DNA of 28,579 bases from a virus. Its lineage: Duplodnaviria; Caudoviricetes. Made by a program: the position numbers and the translations under genes. Where the stretch lies: IMG/VR virus record IMGVR_UViG_3300029825_000038, positions 1 through 28,579 of that record. The stretch is one strand, 5' to 3'. Positions 16,508 to 26,062 of this stretch are shown here, one piece after another. Every line of letters starts with the position of its first letter. Within the stretch, counting starts at the first letter, position 1. Under the pieces are notes generated by a model, which made no database searches, was not told the DNA's origin, and saw only the letters and a list, made by a program, of their open reading frames with translations.

Positions 16508-17116
16508 ATGTTGGAATGGCTGAAAATGATTCTTGGGGATTCATACAACGAGGACGTGGACAAAAAGGTTTCGGCGGAAATCGGAAAGAACTTCGTTACG
16601 AAAACGGACTTTAACGCCGTGAACGAGGAAAAGAAAACCCTGACCGAACAGGTGGCAGAACGTGACAAGCAGATTTCCGGCTTGAAAGACAAAGGCGGCG
16701 ATGCCGAAGCACTGAAAGCGGAAATTGAACGGTTGCAGGGCGAAAACAAGGCGGCGAAAGAAAAGTACGACAGCGAAATGAAAGACCTCCGCAAAAACGC
16801 GCTGATTGACGCAGAATTGACAAAGGCCGGGGCCGTGAATGTAAAAGCGGTCAAAGCGCTTCTGGACTTGTCGAAGGTTGACGTCGACGGCGAAGGAAAA
16901 CTAACCGGATTCTCCGATGTTCTGAAACCCGTGCAGGACGCCGAAAAATGGGCTTTCCCGAACGCTGGGAGCGCGGGCGACGGGGCGGACGACGGCGCAG
17001 GAGCCGGGGCGGCTTCGACCGGGCTTCCGCAGGGCGGCGCATCGGAAAAACTGACAGGCGTTGAAGCCGAGTTTTACAAGCGCTTCCCGGATTTGTCCCC
17101 GAAAGACGGCGAATAA
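16508..17116 (+). CDS. Capsid scaffolding protein (phage minor structural GP20-like)
   Basis: MLEWLKMILG, FVTKTDFNAVNEEKK, a coiled coil, then AGAVNVKAVKALLD. ATG at 16508 after an AAGGGGAA RBS, upstream of the capsid gene. Confidence 0.88.
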   Translation: MLEWLKMILGDSYNEDVDKKVSAEIGKNFVTKTDFNAVNEEKKTLTEQVAERDKQISGLKDKGGDAEALKAEIERLQGENKAAKEKYDSEMKDLRKNALIDAELTKAGAVNVKAVKALLDLSKVDVDGEGKLTGFSDVLKPVQDAEKWAFPNAGSAGDGADDGAGAGAASTGLPQGGASEKLTGVEAEFYKRFPDLSPKDGE

Positions 17117-17117
17117 A

Positions 17118-17267
17118 ATGCCGTTGAAGAAAGGGTACAGTAAAAAATCCATTGGGGAAAACATCGGAAAAGAAATTGCCGCCGGGAAAAAGCCCGCGCA
17201 GGCGGCGGCTATCGCGCATAGTGTAGCGCGAAAGGCCAAAAAGAAAGCGGGAAAACGCGGGAAGTAA
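17118..17267 (+). CDS. Small basic Lys/Ala-rich protein (49 aa)
   Basis: MPLKKGYSKKSIGENIGKEIAAGKKPAQAAAIAHSVARKAKKKAGKRGK. ATG lies one base after the scaffold stop, and the sequence resembles small 'MPLKKG...QAVAIA' phage head-region proteins. Confidence 0.72.
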   Translation: MPLKKGYSKKSIGENIGKEIAAGKKPAQAAAIAHSVARKAKKKAGKRGK

Positions 17268-17299
17268 AACGCCCGCAGAATCAAAAGGGGTGTTATTAA

Positions 17300-18130
17300 A
17301 TGGCTCACACTTTACAGGAACGTTACGCGTCGCTGGTTGACAAGCGGCTTCGCGCGGCGCTGGTAACAGTTGACACGGGAGCGGTTCCCGTATTCAATAC
17401 CCGCTATGAGGGCAACCCGAAAGCGGGCGCAGTAAAAATCCCCGTTCGTGACGCAGAAGTCGCGACGGACAATTACGACCGCGTTGCGGGCGCAAACCTT
17501 ACCGTTGGTTCCACGACCTATTTGACCGTGACGGACTTTAACGACAAGGTTGTGAATGAACTGATTGACGGTTACGAAGCGCAGGCCGTCCCGGATAATC
17601 TTGTCGCTGACCGTCTGGACAGCGCAGGCTATTCTGGCGCGCGGCTTCTGGATACCGATGCCATCGCGACTTTGATTGCGGGCGGCACAGCGAGTTCCAG
17701 CACTACGGCGTTGACCGCTTCCACCGTATACGACGCGGTTGTTGACGCGCGAACGGCGCTTTCCGAAGCGAATGTTCCTTCGGCTGGGCGGTTCCTTCTG
17801 GTTTCCCCGGCTATTTACGGGCTTCTGTTGAAGGATACCGACAACTTCATTCGGCAGGGCGATATGTCCCAGCAGTTGGTGCAGAACGGCTACACGGGCA
17901 TGATTGCGGGCTTTGCGGTGAAAGAATCTTCGCTGATTCCTTCGACTACCGAGTTTATCGCGGGGCATTCTGACTGGTGCCACCGTATCCGCGAATGGAT
18001 TGTGCTTCCGCATATTCAGTCGCTGGACGGCGACGGCAAGCATATCGGCGCTTCCGCCGTGCAGGGCCGCTGGATTTTCAAACACGCCGTTTCTAAGGCG
18101 AGCGCGGTATTCGTGAAGAATGTCGTCTAA
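17300..18130 (+). CDS. Major capsid protein (HK97 fold)
   Basis: 276 aa after the scaffold. Contains AVKIP, DARTALSEANVP..GRFLLVSPAIYGLLLKD, GMIAGFAVKES and GASAVQGR. Confidence 0.9.
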   Translation: MAHTLQERYASLVDKRLRAALVTVDTGAVPVFNTRYEGNPKAGAVKIPVRDAEVATDNYDRVAGANLTVGSTTYLTVTDFNDKVVNELIDGYEAQAVPDNLVADRLDSAGYSGARLLDTDAIATLIAGGTASSSTTALTASTVYDAVVDARTALSEANVPSAGRFLLVSPAIYGLLLKDTDNFIRQGDMSQQLVQNGYTGMIAGFAVKESSLIPSTTEFIAGHSDWCHRIREWIVLPHIQSLDGDGKHIGASAVQGRWIFKHAVSKASAVFVKNVV

Positions 18131-18150
18131 GTGAGAGGGGGCGCGGGTGA

Positions 18151-18588
18151 ATGTCTTATGTAACGAAAGCCGACTACGACGCGTATAGCGACGTTGCCGT
18201 TTCCGAAGAAGATTTTCCCCGGCTTTCCGAACTCGCGTCCGACCTGATAGACGGTTTCACAATGAACCGAATCACGGCGGCGGGGGGCCTTGACAGCTTC
18301 CCGCCGTTTGTGCAGGATAGGGTGAAAAAAGCGACTTGCGCGCAGGTTCAGACTATCGCGTATGCGGGTTCGGCGGAATCGGTTATCGAGGACGCCGACG
18401 GCGGCACGACGTCGGAAAGTTTGGGCAAGTACAGCTATTCAAAAAAGCAGGGTTCCGGGGCCGCTGGCAACGGCGAGGGCGGCGACGCCGTGAATGGCGT
18501 TGAGTTGTCCCCCATGGTTCGGGTGTATCTTCGCCCGACCGGGCTTTTGTTCCGGGGGCTTCAAAATCCCATGCTTTTATTTCCGTAA
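18151..18588 (+). CDS. Head-tail adaptor/connector protein
   Basis: MSYVT..DY, FPRL..ASDLID, VKKATCAQV, SESLGKYSYS, YLRPTGLLFRG. First gene after the capsid. Confidence 0.82.
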   Translation: MSYVTKADYDAYSDVAVSEEDFPRLSELASDLIDGFTMNRITAAGGLDSFPPFVQDRVKKATCAQVQTIAYAGSAESVIEDADGGTTSESLGKYSYSKKQGSGAAGNGEGGDAVNGVELSPMVRVYLRPTGLLFRGLQNPMLLFP

Positions 18589-18603
18589 AGAGGGGGCGAC
18601 GGT

Positions 18604-18939
18604 ATGAAGCCGATTCCGCGCAGACTTTTAATTCATTCCGTCGTTTGGGCGAGTAACCCGCAGGGCGACGGCTGGGGCGGGCAGACGGGAACGCCCGTAA
18701 ACGTCGAACACGTCCGCGTTGAACCGTCGTCGAAGCTGGTGCAGACCCCGGAAAACGAAAAGGTAACGCTTTCCGCCGTTCTGATTTATGACGGCACGAA
18801 CAGCACGCCGAAGGGCCTTGACTGGACGGGGGCGCTGCGGACGGAAGTCACGTTCAACGGGCGCAAATACACCGTTGTTGAAGCGGCTCCGTTCTACGAC
18901 GCCCGGCGGCTCCATCATTGGGAAATGGGGCTGTTATAA
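18604..18939 (+). CDS. Head closure / 'minor capsid' protein (A118 gp9-like)
   Basis: MKPIPRRLLIHS, VEHVRVEP, C-terminal HHWEMGLL. Position in the connector cluster. Confidence 0.78.
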   Translation: MKPIPRRLLIHSVVWASNPQGDGWGGQTGTPVNVEHVRVEPSSKLVQTPENEKVTLSAVLIYDGTNSTPKGLDWTGALRTEVTFNGRKYTVVEAAPFYDARRLHHWEMGLL

Positions 18940-19292
18940 TGGCGAAAGCGAGTTTTAAAATCACGTTCGACAAAGGGGCCGTTAAAGCCCGCGTAAACGG
19001 GATAAATAAAAATGCGATTCCCATTGTGGCGCAGGAAGCCTTGAAAGACGCGAACGCGCTTGCCCGTCGGCAGTCTGGCGAACTTGTCGAATCAAGTTTA
19101 ACAAATTCCGATTTGGAACACGGGAAGTTAGTCTGGCAGACGAAATACGCGCGGCGAATGTATTATACCGGGATTCCGCGAAGGAATAAAAACCCGCGCG
19201 CCGTCCTTATGTGGGCGCACAGAGCGGCGCAAGCGAATCTTGCAAAATACACGCGCATGATGAACGAACTTGCGAAAGGGGGCGGCGGTTGA
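18939..19292 (+). CDS. Neck / 'minor capsid 2' protein (A118 gp10-like)
   Basis: KD.N..ARRQSGEL..S, LVWQTKYARRMYY, NPRA..W. TAATG overlap with the upstream stop. Confidence 0.78.
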   Translation: MAKASFKITFDKGAVKARVNGINKNAIPIVAQEALKDANALARRQSGELVESSLTNSDLEHGKLVWQTKYARRMYYTGIPRRNKNPRAVLMWAHRAAQANLAKYTRMMNELAKGGGG

Positions 19293-19669
19293 TGCTGGTT
19301 GAAGCCATGCAGGGCATATCCGATATGATTAAGGCGCTGGGGCTTTACGCCGCCCCCGAAGTCGGGGCCGCTCCGCCCGGAAACAGTATCGGAATGTATT
19401 TTCTTCCGGGAACGCCGGGCGAATACCACGACCGAACGCGGCATGACAATTATGTGCTTACCGTGAACGTGAAGCACGTTGACCAAAAAACCGCGATAGA
19501 CGCGGGCGAAAAGATTTTGGCGCGGCTGACCGCGCGGGGAACCGCCTACCCGCCGGGAATAAACAGTATCCGGGTTTCGACCCCGTTGTCTTATGTCGAC
19601 CGGGAAGAACAAGGGGCTTATATTTTTACGGCGGTTTATGAAGTCTTTACGACTACGAAAGGAAGGTAA
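19292..19669 (+). CDS. Tail terminator-like / 'minor capsid 3' protein
   Basis: TGATG-coupled start, 125 aa, immediately before the major tail gene. Contains VNVKH.DQ..A and YIFTAVY. Confidence 0.7.
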   Translation: MLVEAMQGISDMIKALGLYAAPEVGAAPPGNSIGMYFLPGTPGEYHDRTRHDNYVLTVNVKHVDQKTAIDAGEKILARLTARGTAYPPGINSIRVSTPLSYVDREEQGAYIFTAVYEVFTTTKGR

Positions 19670-19675
19670 CGAAAA

Positions 19676-20383
19676 ATGGATATTAACTATGGCTATGGGC
19701 TTTTCGTTGACACGACCCCGCAGGCCGGAAGCCCCACATGGGCAGAAGTCGCGAACGGGATTGAAAACTTTGATAAAGGCATGAACGAAGTTGTCAACGA
19801 TTTCCAGTTTCTTTCCGGGAAAGGCTGGGGCAGTTCCGAAGTAACGGGCGGACAGCTTGTTATCACCCTGACCGGACGGCGCGTTCGCGGCGACGCGGCG
19901 CAGGATTTTATTTACAACCCGGCGCTTCGCTATAATTTTGGCGATTCCCGCAAGACCCGTTTCAAATTCACGTCGCCGGGCGGCTATGCGATTACGGGGC
20001 CTTGCACACTGGCGAACATCGAAAGTTCGGGCGGCGACAGCACCGACGGCACGGCGATTTCCTTTGATGTGAAGTTTAACGGCAAGCCGTCTATTACGAG
20101 CGCGCTTGGCTTTTTGATGCTTGTTTCCGTTCCGGGTTCGGCTGGCGCGACCGTCGTAACCGTGACCCCGGGCCTTACGGCTGGCAACGAGTACGTTTAT
20201 AAGACCGCCGCAACGGTTGCCCTGCCCGAACTGAACGAAGTTTTAACCGATGGCTGGGCTTCGTGGGACGGCGCGGCGCAGATTCCGGCGACTTCCGGCA
20301 ACGAACTTGTTATCGCAGAAGTGACAAGCGCCGGGCAGATTGCCCAAAAGGCCGGAAAAGTGATTGTATCCGCTGGCGTGTAA
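19676..20383 (+). CDS. Major tail (tube) protein with in-frame C-terminal beta-rich decoration domain
   Basis: Tube domain (GIENFD..NEVV, EVTGGQLVITLTGRR..GDAAQDFI, GGDSTD...ISFDVKFNGKP) plus a ~90-aa extension (TVTPGLTAGNEYVYK, WASWDG, VIAEV..AQKAG). Confidence 0.87.
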   Translation: MDINYGYGLFVDTTPQAGSPTWAEVANGIENFDKGMNEVVNDFQFLSGKGWGSSEVTGGQLVITLTGRRVRGDAAQDFIYNPALRYNFGDSRKTRFKFTSPGGYAITGPCTLANIESSGGDSTDGTAISFDVKFNGKPSITSALGFLMLVSVPGSAGATVVTVTPGLTAGNEYVYKTAATVALPELNEVLTDGWASWDGAAQIPATSGNELVIAEVTSAGQIAQKAGKVIVSAGV

Positions 20384-20401
20384 AACGACAGAATAATATA
20401 G

Positions 20402-20447
20402 GCGGCGGGAATCGCGGGGTTCAATCCTCCGGCCCCCGGCTCGCCGC
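20402..20447 (+). other. Intergenic stem-loop with a tRNA T-arm-like hairpin
   Basis: CGGGG-TTCAATC-CTCCG (20415-20431) nested within a GCGGCG/CGCCGC outer stem. Confidence 0.45.
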
Positions 20448-20477
20448 ATACATAACAGTAAAGGGGGATTTTATGTT

Positions 20478-20927
20478 ATGTCATATGAATTAAAAAGACA
20501 CAAACTAATCGACTTGTCCGTGAAGTGCGGCGAAAAGGAATACCCGGTTGTGCTGGATATTGGAAAGAGCGGCGGCGACTTCAGCACGCGTTACGCGAAG
20601 TTGGTGAACGCCGAAATCGAACTGAAACGCGCGCAGGCGTCGCTTGCGAACAGGACGGTTTCCGAAATGCAGACCTTGACCGACGCCGAAATTGCGTACG
20701 GAACGACCATGGTTTCTTTGATGGAATTACTTTTCGGTATTAACGGCGCGCACGAAATTATTTCCTACTTTGAGGGCGATTATACAGACCTTCTTCTTTC
20801 GCTGGTTCCCTTCATTCGCGACGAATTCGTCCCGGCTTTGAAAGCGGCCCGTCACGACAAAATGGACGCCTACGAAAAAGCCGTAAAGCCCGCAGGGGGG
20901 TTTTTGGGAAATGTTTTCCGTAAATGA
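20478..20927 (+). CDS. Putative tail assembly chaperone
   Basis: 149-aa helical protein between the tail tube and gp15/tape measure genes, with an AAAGGGGGATTTT RBS. Confidence 0.7.
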   Translation: MSYELKRHKLIDLSVKCGEKEYPVVLDIGKSGGDFSTRYAKLVNAEIELKRAQASLANRTVSEMQTLTDAEIAYGTTMVSLMELLFGINGAHEIISYFEGDYTDLLLSLVPFIRDEFVPALKAARHDKMDAYEKAVKPAGGFLGNVFRK

Positions 20928-21522
20928 GCCGTTAAAGGAATATCTGGAAGTCGACGGGCGGCGTGTTCCGCTTTGCTTATCGTTTGACCGCGTGCTAACC
21001 GTTTGCGACGCGTGGGCCGACGACGGGCTTGACGAAAACGAAAAAATTGCTATCACTTTCAAGCTATTGGTTCCGAAGCACCGTTTTCGGCGCTGGCTGG
21101 CCCGCAGGAGCGCCGAAACGCAGGGGGCCGCAGTAACTACTCTATTTAAAGATTATATTGATACAGGGCCGCACAGCGCACGCAAAGGCCCTCGCGCGTT
21201 CGACTTAAAACAGGACGCACCTTTTTTATACGCGGCGTTCCGGCAGATTTACGGCGTTGACCTTTTCATGGAACAGGGGCGGCTTGATTGGCGCACGTTC
21301 TCCGCTATGCTTGCCGGGTTGCCCGCGGGAACGCGACTTTCCGAAATTATTGATATTCGGACGCGCGAAATTCCGAAACCGGACAAATACAACGCAAAAG
21401 AACGCAGGGCCTTGATAGAAGCAAAATCGTTCTATCGGCTCCGCCCGGAAAAACCCGCCGAATCCATGCAAAATAAACTTGCGGATTTGTTCGGGGAGTT
21501 GGAAACATGGGCGAAAAGCTGA
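20911..21522 (+). CDS. Gp15-family phage protein (A118 gp15-like, second tail chaperone)
   Basis: LSFDRVL, FDLKQDAPFLYAAFRQIYGVDL, LDWRTFSAMLAGLP..TRLSEIIDIR. Confidence 0.87.
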   Translation: MFSVNEPLKEYLEVDGRRVPLCLSFDRVLTVCDAWADDGLDENEKIAITFKLLVPKHRFRRWLARRSAETQGAAVTTLFKDYIDTGPHSARKGPRAFDLKQDAPFLYAAFRQIYGVDLFMEQGRLDWRTFSAMLAGLPAGTRLSEIIDIRTREIPKPDKYNAKERRALIEAKSFYRLRPEKPAESMQNKLADLFGELETWAKS

Positions 21523-21544
21523 CCTTGAAAGGGGGTGATGAATT

Positions 21545-23332
21545 ATGCCGGGTGAGGACGGGAAGGTTGTATTCAGTTATGAAGGTGATACTTCCGGCAT
21601 TGACAAAGCAAACGCCGAAGCTGAAAGCAAGGTAAAGAGCGGCGGCAAGGCCGTTCAGAACGCCGTAAAGGGAACGGCGGACGCCGCCGGGGAAGGTGCG
21701 GCGGAATCCACAAAAAAGACCAGTAGCATTATGACCGGGGTTTTGCAGGGCATCGGGCAGGCGGCGGCGGGCTTCGCCGTGAAAGCGGGCGGCGCGCTGG
21801 TTGACTTCGGCAAGCAGGGAATCGAACTGGCGTCTGATTTGGCAGAGGTTCAGAACGTCGTTGATACAACTTTCGGGGCAAATGCTTCGAAAATCAACAC
21901 GTTTTCAAAGCAGGCCGCTAACCAGTTCGGGCTTTCCGAATTGCAGGCGAAGCAATATTCGTCTACGTTGGGCGCTATGTTCAAAAGCATGGGAACCGGG
22001 GCCGACGCGATGCTAAATATGTCCGAAGGGTTGACCGGACTTGCGGGCGATATGGCTTCGTTTTACAACCTTGACCCGGAAGAAGCATTCGAAAAACTGA
22101 AATCCGGTATCACGGGCGAAACGGAGCCGTTGAAGGCCCTTGGAATCAATATGTCCGACGCGAATTTACAGGCGTTCGCGCTTTCGGAGGGCCTGAGGGC
22201 CCAAACGAAAGATATGTCGCAGGCCCAGCTTGCGACGTTGCGTTACCAGTATCTAATGCAGGCGACCGCCGACGCGCAGGGCGACTTTGCAAAAACGGGC
22301 GACAGTTACGCAAACCAACAGCGTAAATTTCAAATGAATATGCAGACGCTTTCAACGGTTATCGGCGGCGCGTTGCTCCCCGTGTTGAACACCGTTTTTA
22401 ATGCGCTGAATAGCAGTATGCCGGGGCTCCAAAGCACGTTGCAAGAAATTATGAAGCCCTTGGGCGAAATGCTCGCGACCATTCTTCCGCCGCTTATGGA
22501 CCTGATTGGCGCGATTCTTCCGCCGCTTATGCAACTTGCCGCTTCTATTCTCCCGCCGATTGCGGCGCTGTTGAATATGCTTTTGCCGCCGCTGATTGAG
22601 ATTTTGAACCTGATTCTTCCGCCGTTGGTTGAGATTTTGTCCGCGATTATTTCCGGGCCGCTTATGGACTTGTTGAATATGGTTATGCCCGTGATTGTGG
22701 CGGCGCTGAGGCTGGTTATTTCTGTGCTTCAAATCCTCATGCCAATTATCAAGATGGTCGCGCAGGTAGTCACAGACTATTTGGCAAGCGCGTTCAACAA
22801 CCTACGGCCCATTATTACCGCCGTTATCGGAGTTATAAACGGCTTGATTTCCTTCATCAAGAACGTATTTACGGGAAACTGGGCGGGTGCTTGGCAGGCC
22901 GTTCTTTCGATTTTTAGTGATATCTGGAACGGGCTTGGCGCGATTTTGAGATGGCCCATTAACGGCGCAATATCGCTTATCAACACATTTCTGAGCGGGT
23001 TGAACCGCATTCGACTCCCCGATTGGATGGGCGGGTTTGGTGTGCATATTCCGCTGATTCCGCATTTGGCAAAAGGCGGGCTGGCGTTCGGGCCTACGCT
23101 GGCGCTTGTGGGCGATAACCCCGGCGCTTCGGTTGACCCGGAAGTGGTTTCGCCGTTGTCAAAACTGCAACAGTATATTAGCGCCGCAGTTTCCGCGAAC
23201 GTCGCGGCGGCTCCGGCAAACGTTACCGTTATTGTTCAGCCCGCGCCCGTGAACTTGGACGGGCGGACGATTGCGGGGAACACCGCACAGCACCAGTTCA
23301 CGAACGCGGCTATTAAAGGGGTGAAACAGTAA
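21545..23332 (+). CDS. Tape measure protein (595 aa)
   Basis: ASDLAEVQNVVDTTFG, DMASFYN, GETEPLKALGI, DAQGDFAKT, 11-aa ILPPL repeats, FTGNWAGAW, IPHLAKGG. Confidence 0.93.
   Translation: MPGEDGKVVFSYEGDTSGIDKANAEAESKVKSGGKAVQNAVKGTADAAGEGAAESTKKTSSIMTGVLQGIGQAAAGFAVKAGGALVDFGKQGIELASDLAEVQNVVDTTFGANASKINTFSKQAANQFGLSELQAKQYSSTLGAMFKSMGTGADAMLNMSEGLTGLAGDMASFYNLDPEEAFEKLKSGITGETEPLKALGINMSDANLQAFALSEGLRAQTKDMSQAQLATLRYQYLMQATADAQGDFAKTGDSYANQQRKFQMNMQTLSTVIGGALLPVLNTVFNALNSSMPGLQSTLQEIMKPLGEMLATILPPLMDLIGAILPPLMQLAASILPPIAALLNMLLPPLIEILNLILPPLVEILSAIISGPLMDLLNMVMPVIVAALRLVISVLQILMPIIKMVAQVVTDYLASAFNNLRPIITAVIGVINGLISFIKNVFTGNWAGAWQAVLSIFSDIWNGLGAILRWPINGAISLINTFLSGLNRIRLPDWMGGFGVHIPLIPHLAKGGLAFGPTLALVGDNPGASVDPEVVSPLSKLQQYISAAVSANVAAAPANVTVIVQPAPVNLDGRTIAGNTAQHQFTNAAIKGVKQ
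22481..22645 (+). repeat. Five degenerate 33-bp (11-aa, [IL]LPP[LI]) tandem repeats within the tape measure gene
   Basis: ATTCTTCCGCCG-like units start at 22481, 22514, 22547, 22580 and 22613. Confidence 0.85.
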
Positions 23333-26062
23333 ATGCTTATTCTTTTGGGGAAGAACGCCGTCCCGCGTCCTGATATGGACGCGGCGATTGGCGCAAACTT
23401 CGATATGACTTCCGACCATATCACGGAAGGAAAGCTGACCGTCAAAATTCCAGCGGACGCAACCCCGCCGCGCGAATGCGACCGAATTTATATTACTGAA
23501 ATTGCCGACGACGCCCCCGTTTACGCGGCGACGCAAAGCGACGTTTTAAACGGGACGTGGGATTCCTTCGCCGGGGAGCTGTTAAATGGGGAAATGGGGA
23601 TTCCGCCCCGTCGGTCATACTTCTATAACACCGACGTGATTTGCGGCGCGTCTGGCTTCAATACGACGCTGGATAGTCAAGCCGCGCTTTCCATTGGGGA
23701 CGAAATCCGCTTTCCGACCGTCATTTTCAGCGGCGCGGTTATGGGCGTGGAACAGCAGGACGCCGGGCTTGACCCGGACGCGTCCTATAAAATTTACGAC
23801 TTGACGCTTGCATCGTCTGCCCGCATCTTGTCCCGCGTTTATTGCAATATCAAGTATCCGAAGGGCGCGAGCGTGACGCAGATTCTTTACGGGAATCAGC
23901 CCGCGTATCCTTGGTATTCGGCGGCGTTGCGGGCGTTCCCGGGGCTTCTGGATATTCGGCTTGAAGCAGAGGGTTTTTATTGCCCGGATTTTAACAAGGA
24001 CTATTACGACACCGCGAACCCCGACCGCTTCGACGAAGTGACGCTTGACAGCGCCGCGAACTTGTGGGGCCTGACTGTTGCCGAAGTGCTTGACACGCTG
24101 GCGACGAACGCGGGGGCGTCGTGGGAAATTGATTCTTTTGACGCTTTCACGTTTCGGGCGCTTCGCGGAACCGGGGCGACGACGCCCTTCCCGCTTGACA
24201 CCACGGCCCCCGTGTTCGACTTAAAGCCGACACGGGATAGCTACACGACCTATTCCGCCGTGCGCCTTGTGGGCGGTACAGGGCCGTCAACGCCCACGTC
24301 CGCACTTTGTCTTTCGACGCAAAGGGACGAATTCAAAACGAACACGCTTGAAATCGTCGACAGCACGCACGGGGTTTTGCAATTTCCATTAAACAAATAT
24401 ATCCAATTTTCCGATGGCCCCAGCGCCCCGTATAACGGGCATTATTGTATGTATTTTCGACCATCGGTATCGGATTCCGTTGTCGAAGCGGGCTATTACC
24501 CGGTATTTTACGACGGGATTGAAACCGTTCCTCCCGGGGTGCAAGCCGCCGTTGTCACTTCGGGAAGCGCGAACGTTACACTGGTAAACGGCCTGACTTG
24601 GCCCGGGTTGCCGTCCACGCCGTGGGCTTCTTGGCGCGTGGCGATCCGGTACAGCCCGATAGTGCCCATAGTGGTCCGTTTGGTTGACCCGGTATTACAA
24701 AGCGAAGTACAGGCGCAGGCAGGCGGCACGGGCATCGTGGAGTACGTTTATAAAGACGAAGCGATAACCGATTTTACGCAGGCCGCGTCCACCGCGACGA
24801 ACCTTCTGGCAAGTGTTTCAAAACGCACGGTTGCCATTGAGTTTTCGACCTTTACGCCGGGGTTTTCCGTGGGGCAGTCGTTGACCGGAGATTTACCCTA
24901 TTATGGTGTTTCTGGGGGGTACGCGGTAACAGAAGTAAAAACGATTCTGGAACGCGCCGACGACGCGCGCGCGGTATGGCGCTATGAAATCGCTGCGTCA
25001 ACGGCGGCGTATCGGGACGCGCTGAAAGGCTTGTTCTATACGCCGACCGTTTCGCAGTTCAAACTTGGCGAGGACTTCCCGGCGGCGGACGGGGCGCTAA
25101 TTCAGTCGGGCGTTGGTTTTCAAGGGACTGTTTGGGCCTACGCTTGCGACCCGTGGACGTGGACACAGCTTGACGCCGAAAATCGTTCATGGAATGATAT
25201 TGCGGCGCTGAACTGGGCGTGGAACGATTGGCTAAACCCGACGACGAAAGCGAACCACGGTTCGAACGACGGCTTCCGTTCGCGTTTGACCGACGAGGGG
25301 GCCGGGGTGCTGGCGAATATGCTTCGCGGTGGAGCGCTTCCCGTGAATGGGGAATTCGATTTGTCGCATAGAATACAGTTGGTATCAGACGACGGCGGGG
25401 CCGTGGAAATCCACCAGAAAACGGGAACCGACCCGGCGTATTATGGAACCAGCGTTGTCTTGTCGCAGTACACGTTCACCCCCGGCGCGGGGTATTTGTG
25501 GAAAACTTGTCAAGTGCAGAACGCGCAGGGAACAACCGTTGCAGAAATCCCCGTCAACATCGACACCCGACCGGGCGGCGACTTCGCGGGGCACAGCGCC
25601 GTTATTTATATCATGTGGATTCCGTCGTCGTCGGTTACGGGGATAGGCGGCTATATTACGGGCTGGCTTGCCCGGGCGCTGGCTCTGGCGGTTCGAAATC
25701 CGGCTTTCGGGATTCAAAACGCCTTGCACGGGGGGTATTTCATCGACACGTATGCGACGACGACGGACTGCGATTGGGGCGAATACAACGCCCGAATTTA
25801 TAACATTACGCGGCTTCTTCTTTTGCATAACGACGGTGATACCCATATTTCATGGGTTTACCCAGTTGGCCCGACGACGATACAGGGCCGTAATCTGATT
25901 ACGGTTTTCTACGTCCCGCCGGAAGAACGCTATAAATTCGCGACCGCTTACGCGGGCAACCCGCACACGCAAGGCCCGATTCCGTTTGAAATTGACAAGT
26001 CGGCAAATTCCCCGATTGGGGATTTCACCTTAACGATAATAAAGAAGGACGTGATTTTGTAA
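23333..26062 (+). CDS. Large tail tip/baseplate hub protein (909 aa)
   Basis: Abuts the tape measure stop. Hub-like segments (VIFSGAV, LATNAGASWEID, AVRLVGG, EFSTFTPGFSVGQ, YAVTEV) and a beta-rich C-terminus. Confidence 0.72.
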   Translation: MLILLGKNAVPRPDMDAAIGANFDMTSDHITEGKLTVKIPADATPPRECDRIYITEIADDAPVYAATQSDVLNGTWDSFAGELLNGEMGIPPRRSYFYNTDVICGASGFNTTLDSQAALSIGDEIRFPTVIFSGAVMGVEQQDAGLDPDASYKIYDLTLASSARILSRVYCNIKYPKGASVTQILYGNQPAYPWYSAALRAFPGLLDIRLEAEGFYCPDFNKDYYDTANPDRFDEVTLDSAANLWGLTVAEVLDTLATNAGASWEIDSFDAFTFRALRGTGATTPFPLDTTAPVFDLKPTRDSYTTYSAVRLVGGTGPSTPTSALCLSTQRDEFKTNTLEIVDSTHGVLQFPLNKYIQFSDGPSAPYNGHYCMYFRPSVSDSVVEAGYYPVFYDGIETVPPGVQAAVVTSGSANVTLVNGLTWPGLPSTPWASWRVAIRYSPIVPIVVRLVDPVLQSEVQAQAGGTGIVEYVYKDEAITDFTQAASTATNLLASVSKRTVAIEFSTFTPGFSVGQSLTGDLPYYGVSGGYAVTEVKTILERADDARAVWRYEIAASTAAYRDALKGLFYTPTVSQFKLGEDFPAADGALIQSGVGFQGTVWAYACDPWTWTQLDAENRSWNDIAALNWAWNDWLNPTTKANHGSNDGFRSRLTDEGAGVLANMLRGGALPVNGEFDLSHRIQLVSDDGGAVEIHQKTGTDPAYYGTSVVLSQYTFTPGAGYLWKTCQVQNAQGTTVAEIPVNIDTRPGGDFAGHSAVIYIMWIPSSSVTGIGGYITGWLARALALAVRNPAFGIQNALHGGYFIDTYATTTDCDWGEYNARIYNITRLLLLHNDGDTHISWVYPVGPTTIQGRNLITVFYVPPEERYKFATAYAGNPHTQGPIPFEIDKSANSPIGDFTLTIIKKDVIL

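Noticed and set aside
20402-20447. tRNA gene
   Set aside because: Only a T-arm-like hairpin is present, with no cloverleaf.
20895-20927. Slippery G GGA AAT at the end of the tail chaperone, suggesting a lambda G/GT-type -1 frameshift
   Set aside because: The -1 frame hits TAA within a few codons. The gp15 ORF is in the +1 frame and has its own G-run RBS and ATG. A +1 slip at TTT-T cannot be excluded but has no support.
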